This document shows, piece by piece, positions 25,601 through 37,378 of a stretch of DNA of 64,000 bases; position 1 is the stretch's first letter; every line of letters begins with the position of its first letter. Made by a program: the position numbers and the translations under genes. A model generated the notes under the pieces. It was not told the origin of the DNA. It saw only the letters and a program-made list of their open reading frames with translations, and did no database searches. This DNA comes from Phoronis australis (taxonomy: Eukaryota > Animalia > Phoronida), in assembly GCA_002633005.1 (NCBI GenBank), contig NMRA01000031.1:1025004-1089003 (forward strand). Reading direction: 5' to 3'.

Positions 25601-27852
25601 AAAAACTTATTTTTTGAACTCTAGATTTGCATTATGTCTTTTTACATGATGCGTTTTAAAAAAATTTGCTTTCACAGCCGACCTAGCACCCCTATTGCCC
25701 AATGGTAGTATCATCCGATTGTTGAGCAGGTGCTTTGAACAAGAGTGGTGTGGGGTGTTCAACTCAGAAAGAACTATATAATGTATATAAAGTGTTTCAT
25801 TTTTCAAACTAGGTTCAAAGCATTTTAATGTTCTTAAAAGAAATGTGACCTGTCAATCATTAGCACATGCTTTGGTTGCCAAAGTGTCTAGGGGGGAGCA
25901 AATCTACAAAGTCAGGTGCTTCCCTTATAAGTACGCGGCGCACTAGCAGTCTTGCTTGATTTGCCTTTTCTATGAAGAAACTTGCCCTACTGAACGCACG
26001 CCTACCTGTAGGAATACAGGAGAGATTACGAGCAGCAACGGAGGTACGTAAAAAACCCAGTCGTGCTCGGGATCACAGAACCCTGTATCGTGTGCACTAT
26101 TCCACTTCAGGGAGTGGAAGCCCGTCACTTCAATCTGCCAACGTATACTTGAACTGTGCTTGAACTCCGACGTCAGTGTAGCTCCATGAGGGTAAAATCG
26201 GTCCTCCGTGTAAGCACTCACTCCTGACTTCAAAAATTTCGATTTTGACCGCCCATGCTTGGCTTACCGCCCACCCCCTGTTTTTTAGATTCCCAATTTA
26301 AGCGCCCTGGGCGGTAACCCGGATGAGTACGGTACTCAAATGATGTGATGTTATTGACGATTGTCAGAATGTACCCCTGTGATGTGAGGTTTTCTCTCCA
26401 TATGTAGGCCGCTGCTGTTCCAGACCAGTGAACACATTATACAGAGTTCAGCTATAGGAGACATCCTTCCTCACTCCGTTGTGCTACACTTCCTGTTTGG
26501 CAGAGCGCCAGCGGAGATGAAGTCACCACACCAGGTGGGGCTGCTAGTCAGTGATTAGTAACTCAACTTCTGTTATGATAGCTCATTTTTCCTGGATTTT
26601 TTTAGGTTTGATCATTTTGGTGAGCATTCTCAGATACCAGCTTTAGTCAGTCTTTCCACACCACTTAAGTTTTTAGCTGTTTCAAACATATTACTACTGC
26701 TGCATAATATGATGTAAAACTGACATTGTATCAGGATTATGCATTTAACTGAACTACCTACCGTGACATTGGGCTGGGACAATATTGAAGTCCAACAACA
26801 TATCGAATTCTTGACAGCTATCAACTGGTTTTTGAGCTACTTTGAGTGAGGCTCAAGACTAAATGTTCTCAGACGACAAATCTAGATTTATGAAAAGAAC
26901 TTTAAATGAGGTTCATGTAACGGTATTAAGGCAGCCTATTTTATGTTAAAAGTCGTTCATGTTTTACTCTTTAAGTCTTAGAATTGCTTCAAAAACAGAT
27001 TCTTGGTATCCCTCAAAACATTCTAGTAACGTTATTTGAATTTTGACAAAAACTTTCACATATGACAGGTGCTTGGAGTCAAGTGCTGGCTACAAGCTCA
27101 TTTGTAAAGTTCTTGTTAGACGACCTCATGTAATTCAATTATCAAAGTGTATCTATTCTGTTCAGTTATGTAATGTAATGCCATGTAACATTTATGGTGT
27201 GGATTTACAAACAAGTGAGTAACATTCATTGTTTACCAACAGGCTGTAAACTGGTCTTTAAGTCGCTATTCTCAGTGGTTGGATGATCACGTGTTGGAGA
27301 GTGAGAGGTTACAGATGATCAAGTAAGTTCTAGTTATTTAGTCATTATTTACTAGTTATTTAGTCACTATTGCCTAGTATCTGTTGCACAACTTTTCTTA
27401 GTCAAGTGTAAGTCTGGTTGTTTTCATTTGATGAGTTTTCTAATAGTCAAACTATAGTTACTGAATGTCTGTGGTCAGCCACTCTTGTCGAGTCACTGAC
27501 CCTTAAACCTAACTATGATCTGGCCATGCTTTGGTTTGGAGTTACAGTTTAGTTCCAGTAGATAGCTTTGTTAAAGGTAGACTAATTTTCTCTAAAAATT
27601 GGGTGAAGGTGTATTAAGCAAAAAAGAAACCATTCCTGCTGAGTGTTAAATCAAGTTTGCATTTGGTGTGGGCTTCAAGCCATAACTCAATATATTGCTT
27701 TTACTATCGTTCGCTTTCATCTTTATGTTTGTTTCAGGAGTACACTTGAGGCGTACGTACAGTCAGTGAAGAGGCGAGACGGCAAGGAGTTTGCCTCCAT
27801 CTACCCCATGATGGTTGAACTATTGAAGAGAGGCATGGAATGTGCCACGTGA
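13620..27852 (+). CDS. COG5: Conserved oligomeric Golgi complex subunit 5 (17 exons)
   Basis: Exons 13620-13656, 14399-14541, 15605-15717, 16484-16674, 17459-17589, 17966-18122, 18359-18468, 19115-19274, 19969-20143, 20785-20946, 21349-21616, 22733-22836, 23114-23233, 24267-24452, 26408-26534, 27243-27322, 27738-27852. All are GT-AG and phase-consistent. Motifs [32 protein letters not shown] and [19 protein letters not shown] match COG5. Confidence 0.97.
13818..13934. mobile_element. ~120-bp palindromic MITE (PIF/Harbinger-like ends), copy 1
   Basis: Termini ggcagtagtcggatatagtggt ... accactgtatcctaccaatgcc. It is an inverted copy of 38051-38174. Confidence 0.75.
15687..16136 (+). repeat. 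6 x 75-bp tandem repeat spanning the COG5 exon 3 splice donor
   Basis: Units start at 15687, 15762, 15837, 15912, 15987 and 16062. Each carries the exon end ...gaaag|gttggt. Confidence 0.95.
17579..17638 (+). repeat. 3 x 20-bp repeat duplicating the COG5 exon 5 donor
   Basis: tggaaatacag|gtatgatga, tggaaatgcag|gtataatgg, tggaaatacag|gtatgatga. Confidence 0.9.
18505..18598. repeat. 18-bp minisatellite (~5 copies)
   Basis: cttgtacaagtggggtcc in tandem. Confidence 0.9.
21774..21866. repeat. Degenerate 10/20-bp tandem repeat
   Basis: cattactggtcattacctgt-type units. Confidence 0.75.
22026..22630. mobile_element. Non-autonomous DNA transposon with TTAA-type TSD (Kolobok-like)
   Basis: ttaa|ggttctttaggacc ... 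ggtcttacaaaacc|tcaa, with 3 internal ~43-bp repeats at 22490-22605. Confidence 0.5.
24821..26332. mobile_element. Non-autonomous pogo/Tigger-like (Tc1-mariner superfamily) element, 1512 bp, in COG5 intron 14
   Basis: TA|ccgtactcgtccgggttaccgccc ... gggcggtaacccggatgagtacgg|TA, with subterminal ttaccgcccatgctcggc repeats. No recognisable transposase. Confidence 0.88.
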
Positions 27853-28967
27853 TACAGTACATGTATGTACCAATACTACTGCCCCCTTGTGTCTGTGGGA
27901 GGACTACAGGGGATGGTTGAGCTGACATATGATGTGATGTGCGCGAATACTACTACATCCTTAAGGCAACTGTAGGCACCTCAGAAGATGGTTGAACTGT
28001 TGAAGAAAGGCAAGGAAGCTAGCAGTTGATGAGTGTTGCTAGCATTTGTCCTTGAAAGGGTCATTTGTGCATTGTGGGTGTGGTTAAACTGTTGGAAAAG
28101 CTGTGACGCAAGATGTGCAAGGAGTAATTGTTCCTATGAGGCAATCGAGGGGGATACTTGGGAGGGATGAAGTGTAGAAGAGGCGCGTGCAAGCCGCCAT
28201 GTGAGGTGCATGTACTACTGCTACTTAGGGGTAGTTGTAGGGACTACTATTGCTACTTAGGGGTAGTTGTAGGGACTTCTGAAATATGGATGTGTTCAAT
28301 TAGTAGAAGTATTTTTAGTAGTCATTGGACCAGGGCAGACAGAAAGCTATAATTTGAGCTGTGTGCCTCACATCATTATTACCCGCACAGAATGAGGGAA
28401 ATTCTCACAGACCTATAAAGTACGTTCGTAGTTAACAGGCTGAATGTTTTACACATGCTTACAGTTGCCAGCGTGAGAGATCTGTTTTTCATTGGCTACT
28501 AAAAAACTTAGCTGGCTGGCATGATGTGAAGATTTATGCTCGCCAAGTAAAAATTAATTCCAAGAAGGCAAAGTCCTTATGGTTCCTTTTGCCGCAGACA
28601 TTAGCCATGAGGTAAGCTCATTTGCATTCAAGGCTCAGAGTTCTCTGTCTGCGTTGGCACTTAACAGGATATGGTGAGCTGTAGAGAACATATTAAATGA
28701 AAACTGTCGTGGCAAACTGGTGCAGTGTTTTTCATGAAACATGCTTAATATTATTAATTTATTGTAAAGTAATGTATAAAGTTAGATGGTTGAGAATTCA
28801 TCCAAGTTTGGGCTCATTTCCTGTTTCATGAAATGTGTTATATACCATTGTTGAACAATTTCAACACAACATGATATAATTGTGATGAAGTGTGTAACCT
28901 CCATGAAATTGGTCTCAGTTCCTGTTTTATTTGGAAATATGTCAAACATTTTCTTTTCTGAAAGAGG

Positions 28968-29100
28968 AGGTAGTGTGGCCTAGTGTGATAATTGTCCGCT
29001 TCCTTTACTAAACATCGTTGGTTTGAGTCCCATTGGGGTACGCTGTTAGACCCTTCAGTCAGACCTGTTTCCTCAGCTCGGTTTTAACAGTGTATTAATA
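28968..29100 (+). mobile_element. Degenerate tRNA-derived SINE
   Basis: A-box-like gtggcctagtg and B-box-like ggtttgagtcc, followed by a decayed body and AATAAA. Confidence 0.4.
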
Positions 29101-30213
29101 AAGCATAATTTGCACTTATTTTTTTGCTCTATTCTAAAGTGCAGCCACACTGAAAGATTGATTTACAGACTCAGGGTTTCAGTCTGGTTTGTTTCCGTAC
29201 TGTTTTTAGCGTTTCCAACCATCCTTGTTGATAGCCTTCATGATATACATTTGTGCCTTGGATTTTTGTACTATGTACAATGTGCGAAACTGGACCTGTT
29301 TGTGGAGAGAGAGCGTGTTCGTTTTGCTTTGACAAAGTTGAGACTGTTATGGTGGGGGTTACTTAAAGGCACAGTGCTGCCGTGGGTGAAATGACAGTTG
29401 GTATTGTTGTTATTAATTATGTTGTTGTCCGAGACTGGAGGTTGTGACAAACTTAATAAGATTAAGTACAATAAAGTTCCTTTATCTTTCTCAAGTGACT
29501 TATTGATTCGGTCATGCTGGTTTTGGAGAACAATTTTATTTGTTTAATACTGGTGTTGGTTGAAGGAATCTGCTATCAGATTTATGTACTAAAAATAACG
29601 TTATTCTTGATATTGTTTATTAATATGTTAAAATAACTACCAAATGGAATAATCCTTTTACGAACAATTGTGCATAAAATTTACAGAATGTAGTTTCAAC
29701 ACACAGACTGTTTACAAACAAAATGGTAAAACAACTCATGTGATCAGATAGGATTACCGTTTAGTAAGTTAGCTTCAAACAAGATTAACAAACAAAACAG
29801 TTTTGACTAGAGGTTTGTGTTAAAAAAGTTATCAACAGTGTGCAAAACTAAATATTAATCTCTTGGTTTGCCCAGCAAAGCTTTTGGGTAACCTTTTCCT
29901 TTGTAACGGGAATCCATTACACTCTCAATGACACAATAAGCCAACAGTAAAATTGAGATAACTCATCCTCAAATAAGATCCAATATATAAATACGAGACT
30001 TGTTCAAAAAGCTTCTGGTCTCGCTACAAACAAAGGACACAACTCTCTTTGCAGTGTATAACTGATGGCCATCAAGGCTTGCATCACTATCCTCAAAACT
30101 GCAGACTACGCCTTTTCAAAAGAACTGGGTGAAAGAGAAACATGATCAGTCACAATTAATACTTGTTTAACGATGCAACCTTTCCACCTGCAAAGTGACA
30201 AAAAATGTCATGC

Positions 30214-30395
30214 GACAAAAGCAATACACGTATTTACAGTACTGTCATCTGACAAAGGCAATACATGTATTTACAGTACTGTCACCTGACAAAGGCAATA
30301 CATGTATCAACAGTGCAGTCACCTGACAAAGGCAATACATGTATCAACAGTGCTGTCATCTGACAAAGGAAATACATGTATTTACAGAACTGTCA
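30214..30395. repeat. 5 x 37-bp minisatellite
   Basis: gacaaaggcaatacatgtatttacagtactgtcatct units at 30214, 30251, 30288, 30325 and 30362. Confidence 0.9.
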
Positions 30396-30434
30396 AACCA
30401 GGTTACAGAGTGTCTTTAAAATACCATATGACGG

Positions 30435-33400
30435 TCAACTTGCTTCAAGGCCAGGCAACGAACTGCTGTAATGACACTTGTACTTCCAACACGATTATGG
30501 TTACGGTACATGCAAGATGCGACCAATTCTTACGGACTTGAAATCTCTAACGAACTGTTCACACTTGAAGACAATTTTTCAGTTCTTAACTTCGAATTCA
30601 GTATTTTATCTCCGCCCCCTTTTCTAGGAGTGGACGTATGTTTTAAAGTCGCTACGCTGAACTTGTCGTTGAGTTTATCAATCCACTCCAGGTGATGCAG
30701 TTTCTTATTTTGTTCCTGTCTCATCATCCCTGTCAACTTGATGTTCTCACGACATGCACGCTCAAGGTGATCTTTAAGGGTTGCATTCACCTGTTTCAGT
30801 TTATCGTAATCATCACCTTCAAACCTAAAATCAGAAAAGGGTGTTACATAACTGTACGTCATGCTTTTTGCTGATGATTGATTGAACTATTGATTTCAAT
30901 GTAGACGTCCGCCATTCAAGTACATCAGTCGTGCAAAGAATTTTCGGTGATTCCAGTAAAATTGATTTGAGAGGGGAGAGGGTTAGGTTTAATTTGTCAT
31001 TATGTCAGTCAATGCACATGAAATTGTGAACACATATTTTATGGTCTATGGCCAATGTAACCATGTCTCAGATTTTTAATTTTTCTTCAAACAACGGATA
31101 TCAGCTGTCAAAAATGAAGATTAATAACCATGTTTTAAAAAAGGACTTTGATGGCTGAAATCTGTTGATTGAGATTAAATAAAAAATGTGACATTTTTCC
31201 TTTGGTATTGACACACCAAAGAATACATGTACATCGTTCAATCAAAAAGTTGCCCACAGTTTGTTTTTTTTGGAAATTCATGCTCAATGCAAAAAAAATA
31301 ACTTTCTCCAAAATGGCAGTCACATGGCTATAATTAATTGCGGGTCATGGTAAAGAACGAATTGAGTCAGGTATTTTCAAAATATATACCTTTAAGGGTT
31401 GAAAATTGACAGTAAAAAGGTATTTGATGAATTGTTAAAGGAATTCACAAAGGCTGTCAATTATCATAGGAAAGACTTCAATGCCTAAGTTAAGAGGAAA
31501 GGCAACAAAACTGTTGATTAAATTTTGTGGATGACCCTAATCAACACAGTTACTTGGATTGATTTTCATTCTAAGGCCTTTTCCACTGCCTCCAAAAGCT
31601 TCGGTATTACCAAAGCCTCGGCCAGTAGGAACACTAAACTTTGGCCTTTTATCCAAGCTAACAGTGCTAGTTAACTCTGAAGTTAAGAGGTGGATTTAAC
31701 AGCAAAGCGTCGATGCTTCGGTATAATGAGAACGGCAGGTGTCACTGCGTTTGCCAACAGCAGGCGGTAACTGGTTAATGTTTGTTAATATTTTGTTCCA
31801 ATATTTGTTATTTTGGAAGTAAAAGTATTCTGTTTCAATATGTCTACGTGTTAGCTGGATTCTTTCCGTAAAAAAGAATCACTGAATGTTTGAGAGTGCT
31901 CCGTACATATTTGCAAAAGGTGAAGGTCATATAAGCACCGCCTTGCTATAACTTTACTAAACTATAACTCCGAAGTTGATGTGAACATTCACGCTCAACT
32001 TCGGGATTAATACCGAAGCTTCAATTGTAGCGAAATTAACTGTTTGGGAAAGGGCCTTCTTAGTACACCATTACTGATGTGTTCAAACCTACTTTTTGAG
32101 GTGCTCCGCCAAACTAAAGTTTTCCCTCTGACTCTTCATTAGCTGGGCCCTAAGCAAGGCTATTTCTTTATCTTTGGCCTTTAAGTCCTCTTTGAGTCGG
32201 ATCACCTGCTGAGCTGGTGAAACAAAGCTAGATGACTCGGCCGACGGGGCGGGTTTACTCCATTTGAACTCTTCAACTCTGTAAACAAGGGCCAAGTACG
32301 TAAATTTCAATCCACCTCAATTACCCACAATTAAATTCAATTAGAACAGGTTGTTATACATAACATTCAGACAAGGTAAGAGACAGGATTTATCAGGTTA
32401 ATTGCAGTTTAGCATTCATTATTCAATGTTACTGCCTCCATTCAGTTTGTTGATTTCTACTGATTGACGATGATTTTCCAGCAATAGCAAGTAAAATGGC
32501 AGTGCAGTTAGAACTGAGGAATAACTTTGTGCACGGTGTCCCAAAAGTGTAAGCATGGATTAGATCATTTCCCTGCATAATCAGAACTACCATAGTTTTG
32601 AATTTTAGAGAACAATTCATAAGCAAATAAACCCGCGTTCCCTCAAAGAAACAAAATTTAGACCACTAATGATTATTAAACTGGTCTAAACTTGTTGCTT
32701 ACTTACATGCAAAGTGCGTTCTTTGGTTAGAAATAACAGACAGTTCAACATAATGACTCAACGTGACGAGGCTACTTGATGAGCTGTCAGTTATTTCCAA
32801 ATCCAGAGCTCACCTCGAGATGAAATAGGGGTTTATAGCTGCTTGAAGTTATGTGTCATCAGACAGAATTTATAGTTTTTGTTAGTCAACTCATTATGGT
32901 AATGTTGTGTCAGCATAGTTTTTTGAAACAAGTTCTTCACTGCAGGTCATCCTACTGAAAACTGATACACATAAAGCACACTATTATACGCATTATTAAA
33001 AGTGAGCTTCAGTACACACCTGTCCTTCCTCAGTTTCTCTGGAGCACGCCAGTTGGCATACTTGTCTCGTTTCTGACTGCCCGAGAACGGACGCTTTATT
33101 AGAGGCGGCACTTCCAGTGCATTCTAGAGAAATACAAAATGTTACGTTGCAGTGATTCGTTTCAATACATAAAGTACTAGACTTTGAAACTGAAATTAAC
33201 AAAAAAACATACAAAGGTCAAAAAGGCTAGCAACAGTTTCTTGCAGACATTTGTCAGTAAGCCATATGTGATCATTCTGAATATTCAGTGATTAAAAATC
33301 TGAGCAAACGTTTCAACTCTTGAATGTTTCCATGTCACTGAGTGCCCTTAACCATGAGATGAAATAACACGTAAGAACTCGGGAATAATATGATCATTAA

Positions 33401-36400
33401 GGTGATGAAAATTGTTGTTCACTGTCAATAATTATTGACCCCACAATCACCATTTTCTTCTTTTCTGAAACTTAGCGTCAAAAATCGGAGAAATTCTCAA
33501 AAGTCAATCAACTCCTGTCTGTTGAACAAGATTGCCAGTATTTGAAAAATTCAATAAAATTGGAGAATGTGATTACCAGAGTGAACTTGTCAAGTTTACT
33601 CGGGTATTCCAAGTTCACGCGTGTATGATCTTAAGAACAAGCAGAATTCCAAGTTCAAGCGCAACAACTAAACAGAGATAACCTTACTTCATCGTCAACG
33701 CTGGCACTATCATCATCGTCGTCATCTAGATTTACTTCAGTTGCATCAACAAGCTAGAATTGAAATGACGAATACTTAGTCATTATAGATACAATGCAGT
33801 ATCTCATCTCCAACATTAGCATAACCCTGACCGCTGAACATTCAAAGCAACATGTAGTACATCAACTCGAGCTTACAAATTGCTTCAATAGCAAAAGTAT
33901 GTAAACTGGATTTTTACCTTTTCAATGAAATTTTTATTTAATTCTGCAGCGCAGATTAATCGTTTTGCAGTTACTGCATGTTTACTTAGAAAAAAATCGT
34001 GCTACAGGAAAAAAATGTACAGCCTAAAATATAAGGCTGAACCTCTACTTGGGCTGAGTTCCAGTAGTTACAATAATCTTGCAAAGGAAGTTAGTGTGAT
34101 CATGTTCTTTGCTTGTGATACATGGCAACATATTGCGATCTTGCATTTTCACGACACTGCAGAACTCACGACCGATATATAAAGCCATGGCTTGTATTGG
34201 AGGCCATTGCGTTTTTAAGTCCAAAAAAGCATTTTGCCTAGTATTTAATATCTGAAACTGCAAAAAATGTTAATTTTAATAGTAATATGTAGGCTGGACA
34301 GTTTCATCTTGAAGACCACCTGGGCCCAGTTGCATAAAAGTTATACGCCGTATAGCAACAATGACGTCGCATTATCACGCGTCATGTTGTTATTGTTGAA
34401 CAATGCACATGACGTCATGCAACAATCAAACTTATCCAGCAGATATCTTTTAAAGCTTTATGCAACTCAGCCCTGATGTTATCTGAATCATCATAGACTT
34501 GGTCTCATCACAGCTATCATCACAGATGAGGATAATGTGTAGACACTGTACATTGTGTAGACACTGTACATTGTGTAGACACTGTACATTGTGTAGACAC
34601 CGTACATTGTGTAGACACCGTACATTGTGTAGACACCGTACATTGTGTAGACACCGTACATTGTGTAGACACTGTACATTGTGTAGACACTGTACATTGT
34701 GTAGACACTGTACAAAGGTAATCAATTTTCAACTTTACCATAATCACTTAAATGAGAAGTGAACAACAACACAATAGCTATAATTTCAAAACAAAAACTC
34801 AGAAATGTCTGAACTTACGTCTTTCTTAACATTGCCAAGTTTTGACTTAGCATTCTGTTCATCCTGTTTCTTCTTGTTGGCACGCAACCTGGAAATCTGA
34901 AATTAAACGGTTGGTACTGTTTGATCATACATTATGCATATCGAGAATAAAATTAAATTTTTACTCATTCTTGACTCAACAGCCTGTTACACTGCAAGAT
35001 CTGAGGCCAATCAGCTGAGTTCTCCATGATATTATTGATAATGTTACGTACCATTTCCCTGGACTGTTAAAACCAAGAAATTTCCAACACCACGATCTGA
35101 TCTAGAATCACGTTCGATTCAAATTGACAAACAAGCCTATGTGTTGTTACATAATACTGTGGTAGTAAGAGGGTCAGACAGTCCCACAAAGAAATCACCA
35201 GTTGAAATTTATTGTAATTTCTCTGAAAGTCAACTGTTTTCCTCCATTCAAAGTTTTTTGGCGATAGTATTTCATAAAAAATACATCGTCTTCACAACAT
35301 TTGGAACGTCGTTTGGAAATAGTATTTTTTTAAATATCGATTAGCGTAAGGCGCGCTTTTACAACATAACTGATGAATTACGTGTGGACTATGTAACCAT
35401 TGGATTGCCATTTGCCAGGGAAGTTTCTCCTATCAAACCGATAACGACGTAGCTGTAACCCGAGTTACCGATAATCGAAATAGGGAAACTCATCACACAG
35501 TGCTGGAGCGTAATGATCCTCAATGCCGTTTAAAAAACTTATGCTGTATGTTATAAAATTGTAATGTCATGTGGACGTCAAGGAAGACGTGTTGATACCT
35601 GCACACAAGTAGTGTTTGTTTGACTAAAGACATCTTCCTCTCTTCTTTCACCACATGACAGTACAGTGATAAAGCTCAAAAAGTTATTCGTTGAATGAGT
35701 GAAAAAGAACATTGTTGTGAAAGGCAGTGCAAAACACTCAAAGAGAAAGCTCAATTAAAAATTACTAGCTTTAAAAGTAAAGCATCTGAATATAACGAGT
35801 TGAAAATGAACCCAGCCAACATTATCTGGCTTGAATTAAAATTCCAAGGCCCACTTCAGTTAACAGACTGAGGAGACAAAAACAATTGGAAGTAAATAAC
35901 TGCCGTAAGTTACCAGGTTCATAATTACGAGACCTTTCCAAGGTATACAGAGAGCATTTCCATATGGTTACATCTCACCTTGCTCGACATCATCCTTTTG
36001 GCAATGATTGGCCCCAGCCAGCCTTTTGTGTTTTTATCATACTTGAAATCTTCCACGCCCAACTTCTATAATAATAAAAAAAATTCACACATGAACAGCA
36101 AGAAGTTTAGTAAAAGTATAGTCCATACTTATGGTTCACTTTTAGAACCTGCAGTCGTGATGAATTATGTTAAATAAAAATAAGTGTATAAACTAGTTTA
36201 CAAACGGGCACATGTACCGTACTGTTTGAGAATATCTGCAGGCACAATACTTCACGAACAGACCACAGCTTTTCACACAATTAGGTCCGCAACAAACACA
36301 CAATTATAAATATCAGAAATATTCTATCAAAGAGTGCTAAACCAGTAAACTAGCCTCATGATGCAGTGTATTCGATACAGGTGTGTCCTTGCTGTTGGCT

Positions 36401-36523
36401 TTTAGAACTGAAGTAAACTCAATGGGAGAGAGATCACTGACACCCCAGTTGGAGAGGGCAGACCCACGATGTTTGAAATTAAATAACAATAAAAAAGTTT
36501 ACCTCGTCTTGTTTGATTGACAT
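30435..36523 (-). CDS. Uncharacterised ~289-aa protein with an acidic tract and predicted coiled coil (8 coding exons)
   Basis: Minus-strand exons 36523-36503, 36065-35979, 34896-34819, 33753-33688, 33123-33020, 32278-32093, 30824-30534 and 30465-30435 are all GT-AG, phase-consistent and open: MSIKQDEKLGVEDFKYDKNTKGWLGPII...DDDDDDSAS...IRLKEDLKAKDKEIALLRAQLMK...SLPGLEAS*. The last exon is less certain. Confidence 0.78.
31574..32057. mobile_element. PIF/Harbinger-like MITE (~480 bp)
   Basis: Termini aggccttttcc / ggaaagggcct with inner inverted repeat aagcttcggtatta / taataccgaagctt. It shares internal blocks (tggatttaacagca.agcgtc) with 63218-63719. Confidence 0.65.
34323..34472. mobile_element. 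150-bp MITE with CTG TSD
   Basis: ctg|ggcccagttgcataaaag ... gctttatgcaactcagcc|ctg. Confidence 0.7.
34536..34714. repeat. 18-bp minisatellite x10
   Basis: tgtgtagacac(t/c)gtacat units. It explains the repetitive ORFs on both strands. Confidence 0.97.
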
Positions 36524-36841
36524 ATCTATGGCTATATGGAAAACCACTGGCTAGGATAACACCACCAAAAGTCTGACTCACATCACATACAGTAAACAGG
36601 TAAGCTGTTTTTATAACGGATTAAGCACGACCCTGGCGACTGTCAACATTGTAGCCTCGATTTGGCTCGAGTTCGATATCGACTTTGTGTCTTTGTGATT
36701 GACTCGCAAATAGATAAGGTCTTGCCTGTAAACTATCGACAAGAAGTGGAGACTAAAATATTTTTCAATTTAAGTGATGAGTGAATTTACCTCAATACAA
36801 ACACTGGTCCAAAAACAAAGACATCAAAGTTAAACAACATT

Positions 36842-37378
36842 TACTTTCATCTGTCGCTTGCAGAATACCGGATACAAAAATTTAATTAAAAATCTAGCCA
36901 GAAGAGGTCGTCTAGCAGCTTTCAACGGAAACGGCCGGAGATAAACGAATGGTTACTCCCATCCGGGCAGCCATATTGATCAAGCGGCAAGACAAGTTGG
37001 CGAACTTTTTGGTGATCAAGCCGTGACGATATATCACCAAGATGGCTGGACGACTACCGGCTGTAGTCATAGATTGTGNTGGGTGAGTAAGACAACAAGC
37101 CGGTTTTATGCTTAGGCGGACGACTATAGGGCATCGGAGTATACTTTCATCTGTCGCTTGCAGAATACCGGATACAAAAATTTAATTAAAAATCTAGCCA
37201 GAAGAGGTCGTCTAGCAGCTTTCAACGGAAACGGCCGGAGATAAACGAATGGTTACTCCCATCCGGGCAGCCATATTGATCAAGCGGCAAGACAAGTTGG
37301 CGAACTTTTTGGTGATCAAGCCGTGACGATATATCACCAAGATGGCTGGACGACTACCGGCTGTAGTCATAGATTGTG
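36842..37378. other. Assembly gap (N at 37079) with an exact 237-bp duplication, probably artefactual
   Basis: 36842-37078 is identical to 37142-37378. The intervening junk includes acgactatagggc, resembling a garbled T7 vector end. Confidence 0.85.

Noticed and set aside
34450-34762. Repetitive Cys/His-rich ORFs on both strands
   Set aside because: They are a by-product of a stop-free intronic 18-bp minisatellite.
37042-37078. Second ARP3 first exon / alternative promoter
   Set aside because: It is truncated at an N and identical to the downstream copy, which fits an assembly overlap.
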